DNA from: an uncultured cyanobacterium
GTDB taxonomy: Bacteria; Cyanobacteriota; Cyanobacteriia; PCC-9006; JAAUQQ01
NCBI GenBank assembly: GCA_963718615.1
Contig: OY970368.1
Location: 4,864,001-4,928,000, forward strand
Direction: 5' to 3'
Length of the DNA: 64,000 bases
A program made the translations under genes and the position numbers. Each line of letters starts with the position of its first letter. The first letter of the stretch is position 1. Below the pieces are notes generated by a model. The model had not been told where the DNA came from, searched no databases, and worked only from the letters and a program-made list of their open reading frames with translations. This document shows, piece after piece, positions 46,871 through 57,341 of this stretch.

Positions 46871-48454
46871 TCATTTACTTTTGAACAGTTGGTAAGGCGA
46901 ATTGGGTGGCTGGTTACTGACTGACTCTAAGGTAGTCTGGATATACTGATAGATCAGAGGATTCGTTTGCGAAAAGCGCAATTCTTCCCGCCCATCGAGG
47001 GGAAGATCAAGCACCACCGCAAAACCCGGATCTGCCGCTTTTATCCGTTCAATTTCCGCTTGCTGGAATGCCTGATTACGAGGAAACAGCGCATAGATCG
47101 ACCACATGGGAGATTTACGCTCCAGCAGTGCCGGAGCTCCGGGCCAAAATGGGGTGGCGATAAAAGGACGATCGCCCGGTGCAAACTCAGCCGCGAGGGA
47201 CTGTAAGAGCTGAATTTCTGCGGCGGTTCCTTGATGAACAGTGAGGCGATCGCCCACCACTTCAATCTCGGTGCATTGCCCCAAACGACATTGAGACCCT
47301 AAAAGCCAACCGAGCTGATGGGGAGCAGCGGTGAGCAAGCTGGCGATCGCAAACATCGAGAGACAAACCCACTTTACTTTGCTGGTCTGCCGCGCCAAAA
47401 CCGCAAAACAGAAAATCAGCCAGGGAAACGCCCCCAAGGCCAAATGCTCAAAGTCAGCACGGGAAAAGGCATAGTGGGCATAGGGTAGAGCCGTAAAAGC
47501 CGTGGCAACTTCCAGGGGGGCAATAGGCTTCCGTCTGACCACGCCTTGCCAGAGAACCCAGGGAATTGCGAAGACACCATACAACGCGACGGCTAAGAAG
47601 AAACAGCCCACCAAAACCTTAACTAAAGCATCAAAACCGCTCAATTCGGCAAAGGGAACCCGCCAAGGCCAAGGAACCGGCAAGGGCAAATTAGTCGATT
47701 TCAGCTCGAACAAGATAAAGCGAACACTTTCCACAAAAGCCGGAGCAAAGTCTTTCACCAGGGCCAGCATGAACAAAATCGGCAAATAGCCGTTGAGCAC
47801 CCCAATGGCACTGGACAAACAAGCCTTGGAAAAATGAACCCAGCTCCTGCGGGTGAGTGCCAGATAAACCGTGACACCCAACCCAGCCGCCACCCCATAA
47901 ACCCCATGGTTGCGGCCAAAAACCGCCACAAGACCCACTACGATTCCGGTAAAAAAGTAGCGATAGTAGGTCGGGCGCTGCACCAAAAACGCCAAGGCCC
48001 CCACCAAAAAGATCGAGAGCGCCGTATCGACAACTTTATAAAACGGAAACATCCAAAACCCAAGGACCAGGGCCGCGATCGCCAAAAAAAGAATTTTGGC
48101 TTTAATAGTTTCCGGCTTTGACCAGGCTCCAGCAATCAGCCCCATTGCAACCGCTAGCCCAAGGGCTTGGAAAATTGCCAGCGAACGCCGCAGCGCCATA
48201 ATGCCATGGCTGCCCTCCCAGTTCATCCAAAGGGCTGACCAGTAATAGCGCCCCGGATCGTAGGCCATAAAATCCCGAATCGGGACTTCGCCCGCCTGAA
48301 CCCGCTGAGCGCCATACCACAGAAACCCTTCATCTGCCAAGCTGAGACCGTAGCGTCCCTGCCACAAAAACAGGCCCATCACAACTGCGATCGCCCAAAC
48401 GGAGCAAAGGAATTGAGGGATAAGTCCTGAACGACGAAGCTGCATAAACACCAT
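46871..48454 (-). CDS. Polytopic membrane protein, likely GT-C fold glycosyltransferase
   Basis: ADEG motif after TM1 followed by GEVPIRDF...YDPG; about 11 TMs; soluble C-terminal domain. Confidence 0.7.
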   Translation of the reverse strand: MVFMQLRRSGLIPQFLCSVWAIAVVMGLFLWQGRYGLSLADEGFLWYGAQRVQAGEVPIRDFMAYDPGRYYWSALWMNWEGSHGIMALRRSLAIFQALGLAVAMGLIAGAWSKPETIKAKILFLAIAALVLGFWMFPFYKVVDTALSIFLVGALAFLVQRPTYYRYFFTGIVVGLVAVFGRNHGVYGVAAGLGVTVYLALTRRSWVHFSKACLSSAIGVLNGYLPILFMLALVKDFAPAFVESVRFILFELKSTNLPLPVPWPWRVPFAELSGFDALVKVLVGCFFLAVALYGVFAIPWVLWQGVVRRKPIAPLEVATAFTALPYAHYAFSRADFEHLALGAFPWLIFCFAVLARQTSKVKWVCLSMFAIASLLTAAPHQLGWLLGSQCRLGQCTEIEVVGDRLTVHQGTAAEIQLLQSLAAEFAPGDRPFIATPFWPGAPALLERKSPMWSIYALFPRNQAFQQAEIERIKAADPGFAVVLDLPLDGREELRFSQTNPLIYQYIQTTLESVSNQPPNSPYQLFKSK

Positions 48455-48630
48455 GACAGGGCGTCTTCATCTGAGACATCGCACACTACTCTGCCATAGT
48501 TTCAATCGATGATGAACTCGCTGCAATACCGTCACCTCCCTTTGATAGGATTGAAAGTCGGGTAACCCGTCAAAATACCTATTGCTTTCGCTATCACATT
48601 CTAGAAACCGGCAGTCTGGAGGACCGCAAC

Positions 48631-49668
48631 GTGGAAAATACGCTTGGTTTAGAGATTATTGAGGTTGTCGAGCAGGCAGCGATCGCCTCAGCCCGCCTTA
48701 CCGGTAAGGGCGACAAAGATGGCGCAGACGAAGCTGCAGTAGAAGCCATGCGGGAGCGCATGAATAAAGTCCACATGCGCGGTCGCATTGTGATTGGGGA
48801 AGGGGAGCGCGATGACGCACCCATGCTCTTTATTGGCGAAGAAGTGGGTATCTGCACCCAGCCCGATGCAGCAAACTTCTGCACGCCCGATGAGCTGATT
48901 GAAATTGATATCGCTGTGGACCCCTGCGAAGGGACCAACCTTTGTGCCTATGGTCAGCCCGGTTCGATCGCGGTGTTGGCGATCGCCGAAAAAGGCGGTC
49001 TATTTGCAGCCCCCGACTTCTACATGAAGAAACTAGCGGCTCCCCCCCAGGCCAAGGGCAAAGTGGATATCGACAAGTCCGCCACCGAAAACCTCAAGAT
49101 TCTCTCCGAGTGTCTCGATCGCGCCATTGATGAACTCACCGTCGTGGTCATGAAGCGGGAGCGCCACAGCGATCTGATCAAGGAAATCCGCGAAGCTGGC
49201 GCTCGGGTGCAGCTCATTTCCGATGGCGACGTCGGTGCAGCGATCAACTGTGGGTTTGCTGGAACCAACATCCATGCGCTCATGGGTATCGGTGCGGCTC
49301 CCGAGGGTGTGATTACCGCTGCGGCGCTGAAGTGCTTGGGAGCTCACTTCCAGGGGCAGTTGATCTATGACCCGGCGATCGTCAAGACCGGCCTGATCGG
49401 CGAGAGCAAGGAAGCCAACATTGCTCGGATGAAGGAAATGGGCATCAACGACCCCGACAAGGTCTACTCCGCTGAGGAGTTGGCTTGCGGCCAGAACGTC
49501 CTGTTTGCGGCGACCGGCATTACCTCCAGCAACTGGCTTGAAGGGGTTCGCTTCTTTGGTGACGGCATCCGCACCCAGACCCTGGTCATCTCTAGCCAGT
49601 CCAAGACTGCCCGGTTTGTGGACACCATCCACATGAAAAACAACCCCAAACGCATCCAACTCAAATAG
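48631..49668 (+). CDS. glpX: Class II fructose-1,6-/sedoheptulose-1,7-bisphosphatase
   Basis: [24 protein letters not shown] and GAAPEGV motifs; GTG start. Confidence 0.97.
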   Translation: MENTLGLEIIEVVEQAAIASARLTGKGDKDGADEAAVEAMRERMNKVHMRGRIVIGEGERDDAPMLFIGEEVGICTQPDAANFCTPDELIEIDIAVDPCEGTNLCAYGQPGSIAVLAIAEKGGLFAAPDFYMKKLAAPPQAKGKVDIDKSATENLKILSECLDRAIDELTVVVMKRERHSDLIKEIREAGARVQLISDGDVGAAINCGFAGTNIHALMGIGAAPEGVITAAALKCLGAHFQGQLIYDPAIVKTGLIGESKEANIARMKEMGINDPDKVYSAEELACGQNVLFAATGITSSNWLEGVRFFGDGIRTQTLVISSQSKTARFVDTIHMKNNPKRIQLK

Positions 49669-49676
49669 ATGCAACC

Positions 49677-49704
49677 GTAGGGACGAACGGCGGTTCGTCC
49701 CTAC
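49677..49704. repeat. REP-like GTAG-headed perfect palindrome
   Basis: GTAGGGACGAAC-GGCG-GTTCGTCCCTAC (12-bp stem), 8 nt after the glpX stop, no U-tract. Confidence 0.65.
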
Positions 49705-49818
49705 CACCTGCAAATCCTTCAAAAGATTAACTTTCCCCTGAGATCTTTACGTTTCAGAACACAATAAAGGACGGCTTTTTAATACACCATTAAATAGATT
49801 GCTTTAGGAAAGGGTTTT

Positions 49819-51138
49819 ATGCATATCGCAGTGGTTGGACTGACCCACAAGACCGCGCCGGTCAATGTCCGCGAGAAACTGAGTATTCCAGAGCCCCAGA
49901 TTGAGGGGGCGATCGCCCATCTCCTCTCCTATCCGCATATCAACGAGGTGGCCATCCTCAGCACCTGCAACCGCCTCGAAATCTATTTTGTCGCCAGTTC
50001 CCTCGACGCCGGAGCCCGCGAAGTCGTTCAGTTTTTATCGGAACACAGCAAGATTCACCTTGACGAGCTGCGCCCCCATCTCTTCACCCTGCTGCGTCAG
50101 GACGCGGGCTTACACCTCATGCGCGTGGCCTCAGGCTTAGATAGCTTGGTCCTGGGCGAAGGTCAGATTTTGGCCCAGGTCAAAACCATGCACCAGGTGA
50201 GCCAAAAGCATAAAGGCGTTGGCCGCATCCTCAACCGCTTACTCAAACAGGCCATCACCGCTGGAAAACGAGTTCGCACTGAGACGAGCATTGGCACCGG
50301 AGCCGTTTCCATTAGCTCTGCGGCGGTGGAACTGGCTCAAATTAAGGCCGCTGAGCGCGCTGCCTGCGGTGCGGGTTCCGGCTGTCTGTCGGATTATCAC
50401 GTTTGTATTCTGGGCGCGGGCAAGATGTCTCGCTTGGTCGTCAAGCATATGCTCTCTAAGGGCGGCACCCGGATTACGGTCCTGAATCGCTCCCTGGGAC
50501 GGGCAGAAAAATTGGCCCAGGAATTCAAGGACTTAGCAGACATCCAAGTGGGATTGCTGGATGACATGATGGCCCATGTGGGTCAAGTCGATATGGTATT
50601 TACCGGCACTTCGGCCACGGAGCCCCTGCTGGACCGGACCAAGCTGGAAATGCATTTGGCCGGAGACCGGCATTTGATGCTCTTCGATATCGCTGTCCCC
50701 CGCAATGTCCATGACGATGTGAAAGAACTGGCCTTTGTCCAAGCCTTCAACGTCGATGACCTTAAGGCTGTCGTCGCCCAAAACCAGGCCCAGCGTCGCC
50801 AAATGGCCATGGAAGCCCAGGGCATTTTAGAAGAAGAATGCGCGGCCTTCGATGCCTGGTGGCATTCCCTAGAAACCGTCCCCACGATTAACTCTCTGCG
50901 CGACAAAATCGAAACCATCCGCACCCAGGAGCTCGAAAAGGCCCTGTCTCGTCTGGGCACTGAGTTTGCCGACAAAAAACATCAGGAAATCATCGAAGCC
51001 CTGACCCGTGGCATTGTTAATAAAATTCTCCATGACCCCATGACCCAATTGCGGGCTCCCCAAGATAATGAAACCCGTCAACAGGCTATGGATACGCTGC
51101 GGCTGCTCTTTAACTTAGAAGAGGCCAAGGTGTCCTAG
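49819..51138 (+). CDS. hemA: Glutamyl-tRNA reductase
   Basis: [27 protein letters not shown] and DIAVPRN motifs. Confidence 0.97.
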   Translation: MHIAVVGLTHKTAPVNVREKLSIPEPQIEGAIAHLLSYPHINEVAILSTCNRLEIYFVASSLDAGAREVVQFLSEHSKIHLDELRPHLFTLLRQDAGLHLMRVASGLDSLVLGEGQILAQVKTMHQVSQKHKGVGRILNRLLKQAITAGKRVRTETSIGTGAVSISSAAVELAQIKAAERAACGAGSGCLSDYHVCILGAGKMSRLVVKHMLSKGGTRITVLNRSLGRAEKLAQEFKDLADIQVGLLDDMMAHVGQVDMVFTGTSATEPLLDRTKLEMHLAGDRHLMLFDIAVPRNVHDDVKELAFVQAFNVDDLKAVVAQNQAQRRQMAMEAQGILEEECAAFDAWWHSLETVPTINSLRDKIETIRTQELEKALSRLGTEFADKKHQEIIEALTRGIVNKILHDPMTQLRAPQDNETRQQAMDTLRLLFNLEEAKVS

Positions 51139-51155
51139 GAAACGGTCCTGAACAT

Positions 51156-52904
51156 TCACGCTGACGTCCCCTCTGCTCGCTTTAAGACCACAGAGTTCCG
51201 GCCTTGATGTTTGGCCAGGTAGAGCGCCTTGTCGGCCCACTCAATCAACCGCTCGGGCTCTCTTACGGCTTGGGCGGACGCGCTGCTGACGCCGCAGCTC
51301 AAGGTGACATGGGGAGCAGTCTTCGAGCCCGAATGCTCAATTTGTAGCTGGCTGACCCGTTCTCGAACGCGCTCCGCGATCGCCTGGGCCAACTCCGGTT
51401 CAGTATTGGGTAAAATCACCGCGAATTCCTCCCCCCCATAGCGCGCCACCAAGTCCGTTCGCCGCACGGCTTGACGCACCGCACTGGCCACCCGCACCAG
51501 GCAGTCATCCCCCGCTTGGTGCCCATAGGTATCGTTAAAGGGCTTGAAATAGTCAACATCACAGAGAATCAGCGCCGTGGGGCGCGGCTGAGCCAGCGTC
51601 GCCTCCAGGACGCGGTCAAACTGGCGACGATTGGCCACCTGGGTCAAGCCATCCAGCGTCGCTAAACCTTCCAAAATTTGGTTGTGGTAGGCCACCATGG
51701 CGATCGCCGACAGCCCCAAAGCCAACAGCGGCGTGGCAATCGGCACCCACCACCCCGCCAAGAACAACCCATAACCTGCGGCACTCAGGAGAATCCCCAG
51801 CCCCACCGAGCTACCCAGGACGACCCAGGCCGGATGCAACCCTCGGTGGAGCGAGCTAGATTGCAGAATAAACCAACTGAGACCCGACCCGGCGATCGCC
51901 CAAATCCCAATCCAAAGCCCTTCGCCCCCATCGGGCCAGTCCCGAATCAACGGTAAGCCCAGCATCGCCCCATCCAGCAATTGTCGGGCCAGTGTCGCAT
52001 GGATGTAGACCCCCGGCATTGATTCGCTTTGCTGGCTAAAACCAGTGTTATAGGGCGTCAAAAACAGATCATTAAGACTGGGAGCCGTTGCACCAATGAA
52101 GACAATTTTGTCCCGCAAGGCATGGGGTGGCAGCCGACCTTCCCACACATCCCGAAGGGGAAACGACTGGAAATTATCCGCACCCCGGTATTGCAATAAA
52201 ATCTGGTATCCGCCTGTATCGACATTGCGGTAGAGACCACTATTCGGTTGGAGAGACTGCAGCCTTGCTTTGCCAATTCGGACTTGATCGGGGTGGCGAT
52301 CGCTCATCTGAGGCGTAATCCCCTCCTGGGCCAAATAACTCAGCGCCAGGGATGCCCCCAAGCTTAGGGAAAGTTCACCCGAGGCAGACTGAATTGAGAC
52401 CAAGCCACGCCGTACCTTATTGTCTGGATCGAGAACCAAATCCGCCAGGGCAACCTGCCCTTGAGCCGCTAGCTGAGGCGGTGCAGCCACATGCTGTCCA
52501 ACGGCCTTTTCAACCCCAATCAGGTTGGGCATCGCTTGCAAGCGGGCTGTCAACTGATCTTGACCCGGAGGCACCGGCAAATCGCGATAGAGATCGAGAC
52601 CCACTATCCGAGGTCCTTGGGCTTGCACCTGGGTCAGCAAACGAGCCAATTTTTCATCGGATAAGGGCCACTGACCCAAAGCCGAAATATCCGCTTCTTC
52701 TATTTTGAGGATGACAATTCGCTCATCGACCGCAGCCTCTGGACGCAACCGAATCAGGAGGTCTAGGGCATTGAACTCAAGGACCTGTAGCCAACCGAGA
52801 TGACTGGTCAGCAAAACCATGCCGACAATCCCCGCCGAGACTTTAATCATGCCGGGATAATGTCGTAAGTTTGACCAAACCAATTTCAGTTGTGTCAACA
52901 TCAT
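51156..52904 (-). CDS. CHASE2-domain diguanylate cyclase
   Basis: CHASE2 (WPLSD, GLDLYRD, DPDNKVRR, MPGVYIHA), three TMs, GGEEF active site with RRTD I-site. Confidence 0.93.
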   Translation of the reverse strand: MMLTQLKLVWSNLRHYPGMIKVSAGIVGMVLLTSHLGWLQVLEFNALDLLIRLRPEAAVDERIVILKIEEADISALGQWPLSDEKLARLLTQVQAQGPRIVGLDLYRDLPVPPGQDQLTARLQAMPNLIGVEKAVGQHVAAPPQLAAQGQVALADLVLDPDNKVRRGLVSIQSASGELSLSLGASLALSYLAQEGITPQMSDRHPDQVRIGKARLQSLQPNSGLYRNVDTGGYQILLQYRGADNFQSFPLRDVWEGRLPPHALRDKIVFIGATAPSLNDLFLTPYNTGFSQQSESMPGVYIHATLARQLLDGAMLGLPLIRDWPDGGEGLWIGIWAIAGSGLSWFILQSSSLHRGLHPAWVVLGSSVGLGILLSAAGYGLFLAGWWVPIATPLLALGLSAIAMVAYHNQILEGLATLDGLTQVANRRQFDRVLEATLAQPRPTALILCDVDYFKPFNDTYGHQAGDDCLVRVASAVRQAVRRTDLVARYGGEEFAVILPNTEPELAQAIAERVRERVSQLQIEHSGSKTAPHVTLSCGVSSASAQAVREPERLIEWADKALYLAKHQGRNSVVLKRAEGTSA

Positions 52905-52938
52905 CGATTTATCTAGACCTTAGTTCATCTAGGACTGT

Positions 52939-53724
52939 CTAGCGAGATAGGGGGACATCCTGCAAATCAGTCAAGCCGACGGAGCTCAGCAATTCCCGCC
53001 AGGCTTGGGTCGCGGCAGGCTGAGCATCCTGATTGCGCCAATCCGCCAAGGCTCTCGCGGTGTCGTACCACAGCCCTTGCTTGCCATAGAGCGAAGCTTG
53101 TTCGGCCAGGGAGGACACACCAGGGGTCGAGGCAGGAGCCGAATGGGCAACCCGCTTAATCCAGCCAGAGGCCCAAGGACTATCGGGGCCTAGCTTATTG
53201 CCACAGACCAGGGCAACCGACCACAAATATTCCTCCCCTTCAGTCAGACCGGGTGCATTTTCCGGGAGTTGAAATTTAATGATGCCAGATTGTTGTGGCA
53301 GCAGCATTGTCATTTCATAGAAGTAACTTTCATCGGGATTTTTGATACTAAAGAAAATTTGATGGGCAGCCATCTGCTCCACATAGGCCATAAAGACAGG
53401 ATGGCTCGCAGCGGTCAAACCACTATTGCCTGCTGGCGTCAGCAACCGAATGGCCTGACTATCTTGCCCTACATCTTGAAGACACCGACCTCGGGAGGCT
53501 CCCCCTTCAGTTACACGGGGAGCAGCAGCGCCCTTCGGTGCAAAAAAACCACCAAACCCGCTACTGGGCTTGGTTGAGCGAACGGTTGAATTAGCCGTTT
53601 GGCTGGAGTTGGCACTTTGGGCTTGGGCGAGTGCCATGGTGGGCAAGCCCAGGCCACTCAAACCGGCACCGCCAAGCAGAAGGGCTGCAAGCCAAAATCG
53701 TACAGAAGGAAAGGAGAATTTCAT
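52939..53724 (-). CDS. DUF928 family exported protein
   Basis: Signal peptide; GGASRGRC, GLTAASHP, YLWSVALVC, GWIKR, GLWYD and LLSSVGL motifs. Confidence 0.88.
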   Translation of the reverse strand: MKFSFPSVRFWLAALLLGGAGLSGLGLPTMALAQAQSANSSQTANSTVRSTKPSSGFGGFFAPKGAAAPRVTEGGASRGRCLQDVGQDSQAIRLLTPAGNSGLTAASHPVFMAYVEQMAAHQIFFSIKNPDESYFYEMTMLLPQQSGIIKFQLPENAPGLTEGEEYLWSVALVCGNKLGPDSPWASGWIKRVAHSAPASTPGVSSLAEQASLYGKQGLWYDTARALADWRNQDAQPAATQAWRELLSSVGLTDLQDVPLSR

Positions 53725-53999
53725 TATTTACACTACCTGAGGAACAACAGCAGAGAAACAGCAAAAAAGAGAACTGGCTTAAATTTCAGCGAAATGCGTT
53801 AGAAAAGCAATTTTGGAGTTTTAGGAGGCTGAAATCAAAGCTGTAAAGTTATCTTCTAGTATGAAATAAGCCAGCGTAAAATTATTGACAAACGTTTGAT
53901 TTAGGTTTTTTTAATCGACTTTTTATATAGACATCAAGCTAACCTCCTAAGTCTGTAAAACTGCGTAAGTTATCTGGCGGGTTAGGAGAGGAATTAGAG

Positions 54000-56525
54000 T
54001 TAGAGCCAGTTGCCCACCAAAACAAACGGTGACCAATAGAAGGGATGGCTGTAGCGATCGCTATGCAAAAGTGCCAATTGAGCATTGCGCAGGGACTCGC
54101 CTCGGGAAACCTTGCTGAAATCCCCCAACTGTTCATAGAGTTCAGTCATTAACAACGCCGTAGATTGATCATTGACCGACCACAGGGTTGCTAGGGTGCT
54201 GCGAGCCCCCGACTGAACTGCTAAGCCTGCAAGGCCCAGAGCTGCATGGCGATCGCCCACCGCCGTCTGACATGCACTGAGCACCAGGAGTTCAATCGGA
54301 TGGGCTTTGCGGGTCCCTCGGGATTTCAGCAATTCACGAATATCCCGCACGGTGATGGTGTCATCCCAGGTGAGCAAAAAGGTTTGATCGGGATCGGAAC
54401 TAAATTGACCATGGGTCGCCAAGTGAACGATGGGGAAATTGCTGCTAGCCAACTGTTTGCGAAGATTGTCTTTGGTAAAGGCTTCATCTAGAACAACCCT
54501 GGCCGGAACATTGGCTTGAATTTGCTCCATTTCTTCCTTGACACCCGGCAGCGCCGCAAATCCCTGGCGGGCCTGGGTCAGGCCAAGACTGAGGGCTTGG
54601 ACCTCTGCGGGAGCGAGTTCACGCGGTTCTAGGAGCTGGAGTCCTGGGGTCAGTGCCACCTGATAATCTTCGATCAGATACCGTTGGCCATCGTAAAGGG
54701 CCGCTAGGGGTAAATTCCGAAAGGCTCCATCGGGTACAAACACCAGGGTTTCAATCTGATGCTGTTTCAACGACTCGGCGATCGGCTCAATTAACCAGCC
54801 ATAGGCTTCTCGGGCAAAGGCTTGTTGCCGTTTTTTGGAATAGGCCGGGTTCAGGGTTTGTAGCCAGGTATCAAGGGTCTTTTCAACCTCCGCCTGGGTC
54901 ACGGGAATCCTGTGGTGGGTGAGGGGTTGCCCCGAAATGGAAAGCAGCACTTCAAGGCGATCGCGCAGAATAATCGGATAAATCACCGCCGCTTTGGCAT
55001 CGATCTGATCGATTTTTTCGGTGCTGACTTCTAAACAAGCGGAGCGGAAGAAGTTCTCCAGTTCAGCCAATTGCAATTCCTCAATCGCGCCTCGGGCCTC
55101 TTGTAAGATTTCAGGGTTGGAATCGGGCTGGATGAGCAAACCCACAAATTCTCGGTAAACCGGCTCAATGCTCTCCTGAAAGGACGCTTGAATCTCTGGG
55201 TTGGTCGCCACTAGATCCCCGCGAATGGAGCGCAACGTCGTTATGGCCTCTCGATAGGCGGCGATCGCCTGCTGCCGGGATTCAGGCGCGAGGCTGGGTC
55301 CAGCCGCCGCAACGGTGATGCGGCCTTGCTGCCACTGCCAGCGATAGGCAATGTCGTCAGCTTGGGCCGTTTGGGCCAAAATCAAGGCGTCCTGGGTCAG
55401 CCGAGTCGCCTCCTGCCATTGCCGGGTCCGTTCGTAAAGATGACCCAATTCCCCCAGAGCATAGGATTCAGCGCGGCTGTCTTGCAGACCACGGGCCTGG
55501 GCAACGGCGGTACTCAGCACCTGGGCAATGCCTTGCGGAGTCGCCAGCGGAGTTGCCAAACCGAGCGTTGAGGGCAACTGACCGGACAAGAGCTGGGTCA
55601 AGCTCGCAGCCAGATTGACGCGGGCATAGACTGCACGGCGGCTGGGTGCAACGCTGTCAAAGTCGGCTTGAAGGGTCGGTAAGAGGTCATAGACTGCCCC
55701 AGGCTGGTTGGTATCGGCCCAGAGGCTTAGCAAATTGAGGCGGGCCTCCAATCGAACCAAGGAATCCGGAGCCGTGGCGACAGCCTGCTGATAGGCCGCC
55801 GTAGCCGCAGGCCAGTCCTGGCTCGCCCGTAGGGTATTGCCGAGGATAATCCGCGTGGTGCTGGTGTCGAGCTGGTGCTGCTCGGCCAGTGCCAAACTGG
55901 TCTTGAGAGCAGATTGAGCATCCTTGAGATAGCCGGTCGCTTGCAGCAACCTCCCCAGGCTTTGATAGCCCAACGCCTGAACTTCGGGGTTCGCTTGCTG
56001 GGTGAGCTGGGCTTGGATTTGATCCATGAGCGATCGCGCCCGCCGATAAAGCCCCAAGGCTTGCAACGCTTGGGCCTGATTAATCTGGGTACCGAGAATT
56101 CCAACCGGGTCTTGCGCCTGACGGTATTGGGTTTCAGCCCGTTGCCAAGTTTCAAGGGCTGCCTCGGTTTGCCCTTGGTCAAACTGTTGAATCGCCTGAC
56201 GATTGAGCGATTGCGCCGCTTGCGCCGCTTGCACTGCTTGCGCCGACGATACTGCTTGAGGGGTCTTTAGGGCCAGTTGAAGCGCGTCAGGCGGATAGAG
56301 GGGAGCTACAGATCCTACAGACGGATGGGCAGGGCTCACGAGAGGAGGCGAGGCTGGGGCCATCCAGGCCATCGCCCGCTCTCCCCCCACGCTCCCCACA
56401 AAGGTCAAAATCGCCAATCCCCAGGTCAGCCAACGGCGCAGCCATGGACGGATCGGCCACAATCGCAACAGTCGTGATCGTCGTGATGAACAAAGGGATA
56501 ACCAACGTTGACTCACAGTCTTCAT
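54000..56525 (-). CDS. TPR + CHAT (caspase-like) protease
   Basis: Signal/TM N-terminus, TPRs, YRWQWQ, FVPDG, catalytic HLATHG and LSACQT, YWSPFVLVGNW. Confidence 0.93.
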   Translation of the reverse strand: MKTVSQRWLSLCSSRRSRLLRLWPIRPWLRRWLTWGLAILTFVGSVGGERAMAWMAPASPPLVSPAHPSVGSVAPLYPPDALQLALKTPQAVSSAQAVQAAQAAQSLNRQAIQQFDQGQTEAALETWQRAETQYRQAQDPVGILGTQINQAQALQALGLYRRARSLMDQIQAQLTQQANPEVQALGYQSLGRLLQATGYLKDAQSALKTSLALAEQHQLDTSTTRIILGNTLRASQDWPAATAAYQQAVATAPDSLVRLEARLNLLSLWADTNQPGAVYDLLPTLQADFDSVAPSRRAVYARVNLAASLTQLLSGQLPSTLGLATPLATPQGIAQVLSTAVAQARGLQDSRAESYALGELGHLYERTRQWQEATRLTQDALILAQTAQADDIAYRWQWQQGRITVAAAGPSLAPESRQQAIAAYREAITTLRSIRGDLVATNPEIQASFQESIEPVYREFVGLLIQPDSNPEILQEARGAIEELQLAELENFFRSACLEVSTEKIDQIDAKAAVIYPIILRDRLEVLLSISGQPLTHHRIPVTQAEVEKTLDTWLQTLNPAYSKKRQQAFAREAYGWLIEPIAESLKQHQIETLVFVPDGAFRNLPLAALYDGQRYLIEDYQVALTPGLQLLEPRELAPAEVQALSLGLTQARQGFAALPGVKEEMEQIQANVPARVVLDEAFTKDNLRKQLASSNFPIVHLATHGQFSSDPDQTFLLTWDDTITVRDIRELLKSRGTRKAHPIELLVLSACQTAVGDRHAALGLAGLAVQSGARSTLATLWSVNDQSTALLMTELYEQLGDFSKVSRGESLRNAQLALLHSDRYSHPFYWSPFVLVGNWL

Positions 56526-56975
56526 CCTGGGACAGCAGTAGAGGATCAGAGGGGGGCGATCGCCGGAGATCTTCGGGAGATCTTTACCGTACCTATCGCG
56601 CTCTAGATATCCTCAGACTTCCCAGAGAAACCTTGAGATCGTCTATCTCAGTAAAAAAGAGTTCCTGTTAGTAAGAAATCAAACAGTCACTCGACCAAAA
56701 GTATGAAATTTTCTGTGCAAATCTAGAGAAATTAAACTTTTCCCGATATGTTACTGCTGAGTATTTCTATTAGCAATGCTCTCGCTTCTTGGCCCATGTT
56801 TGAAGCACAGTGGTGACTACACAGCTTCTGTCGCTCTAAGTGTTACATCGCTCAATTCTGAAGATGAAATGCTAGGGGTTTCTGCGAAGTCAGTCAGTGC
56901 GCGATCGCCCGCAACAAACTCCGGTGCCAATAGCAGTCTCCGTTTACCTGGTTTAGGATTTTTGAGGAAGCAAAC

Positions 56976-57341
56976 ATGATTATCGGCTTAATTGTGACAA
57001 CGTTGGTGACCGCACTAGCCCTTGTGGTTTTGTCGAAAATTCCGGGGTTAGGGATTGAAATTGATGGTTTTGGCAAAGCCATCGCGGCGGCCATTGCCTT
57101 TGGTCTCCTGAACGCAGGGGCGAGCTGGTTAACCTGGTTACTCAAGCTGGGTCCCTTAGAATGGCTAACTTGGCCCATTCTGCTCTTGATCAACATCATC
57201 ATCTTCGGCTTAGCCGCTTGGTTGATTCAAGGCTTCCGCCTCCGCAGCATTTGGAGCGCGATAGTTGGGGCGATCGGCCTCACGATCCTGACTAATCTTC
57301 TCACCGCTCTGATTCAAAGTTCGGGTCTGCTGCCTGTGTAG
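56976..57341 (+). CDS. 4-TM YvlD / phage-holin-4-like membrane protein
   Basis: IPGLGIEIDGF, FGLLNA and GFRL...SAIVGA motifs. Confidence 0.78.
   Translation: MIIGLIVTTLVTALALVVLSKIPGLGIEIDGFGKAIAAAIAFGLLNAGASWLTWLLKLGPLEWLTWPILLLINIIIFGLAAWLIQGFRLRSIWSAIVGAIGLTILTNLLTALIQSSGLLPV

Noticed and set aside
56976-57341. Holin as evidence of a prophage
   Set aside because: YvlD-like proteins are common chromosomal genes; no integrase, lysin or structural genes are nearby
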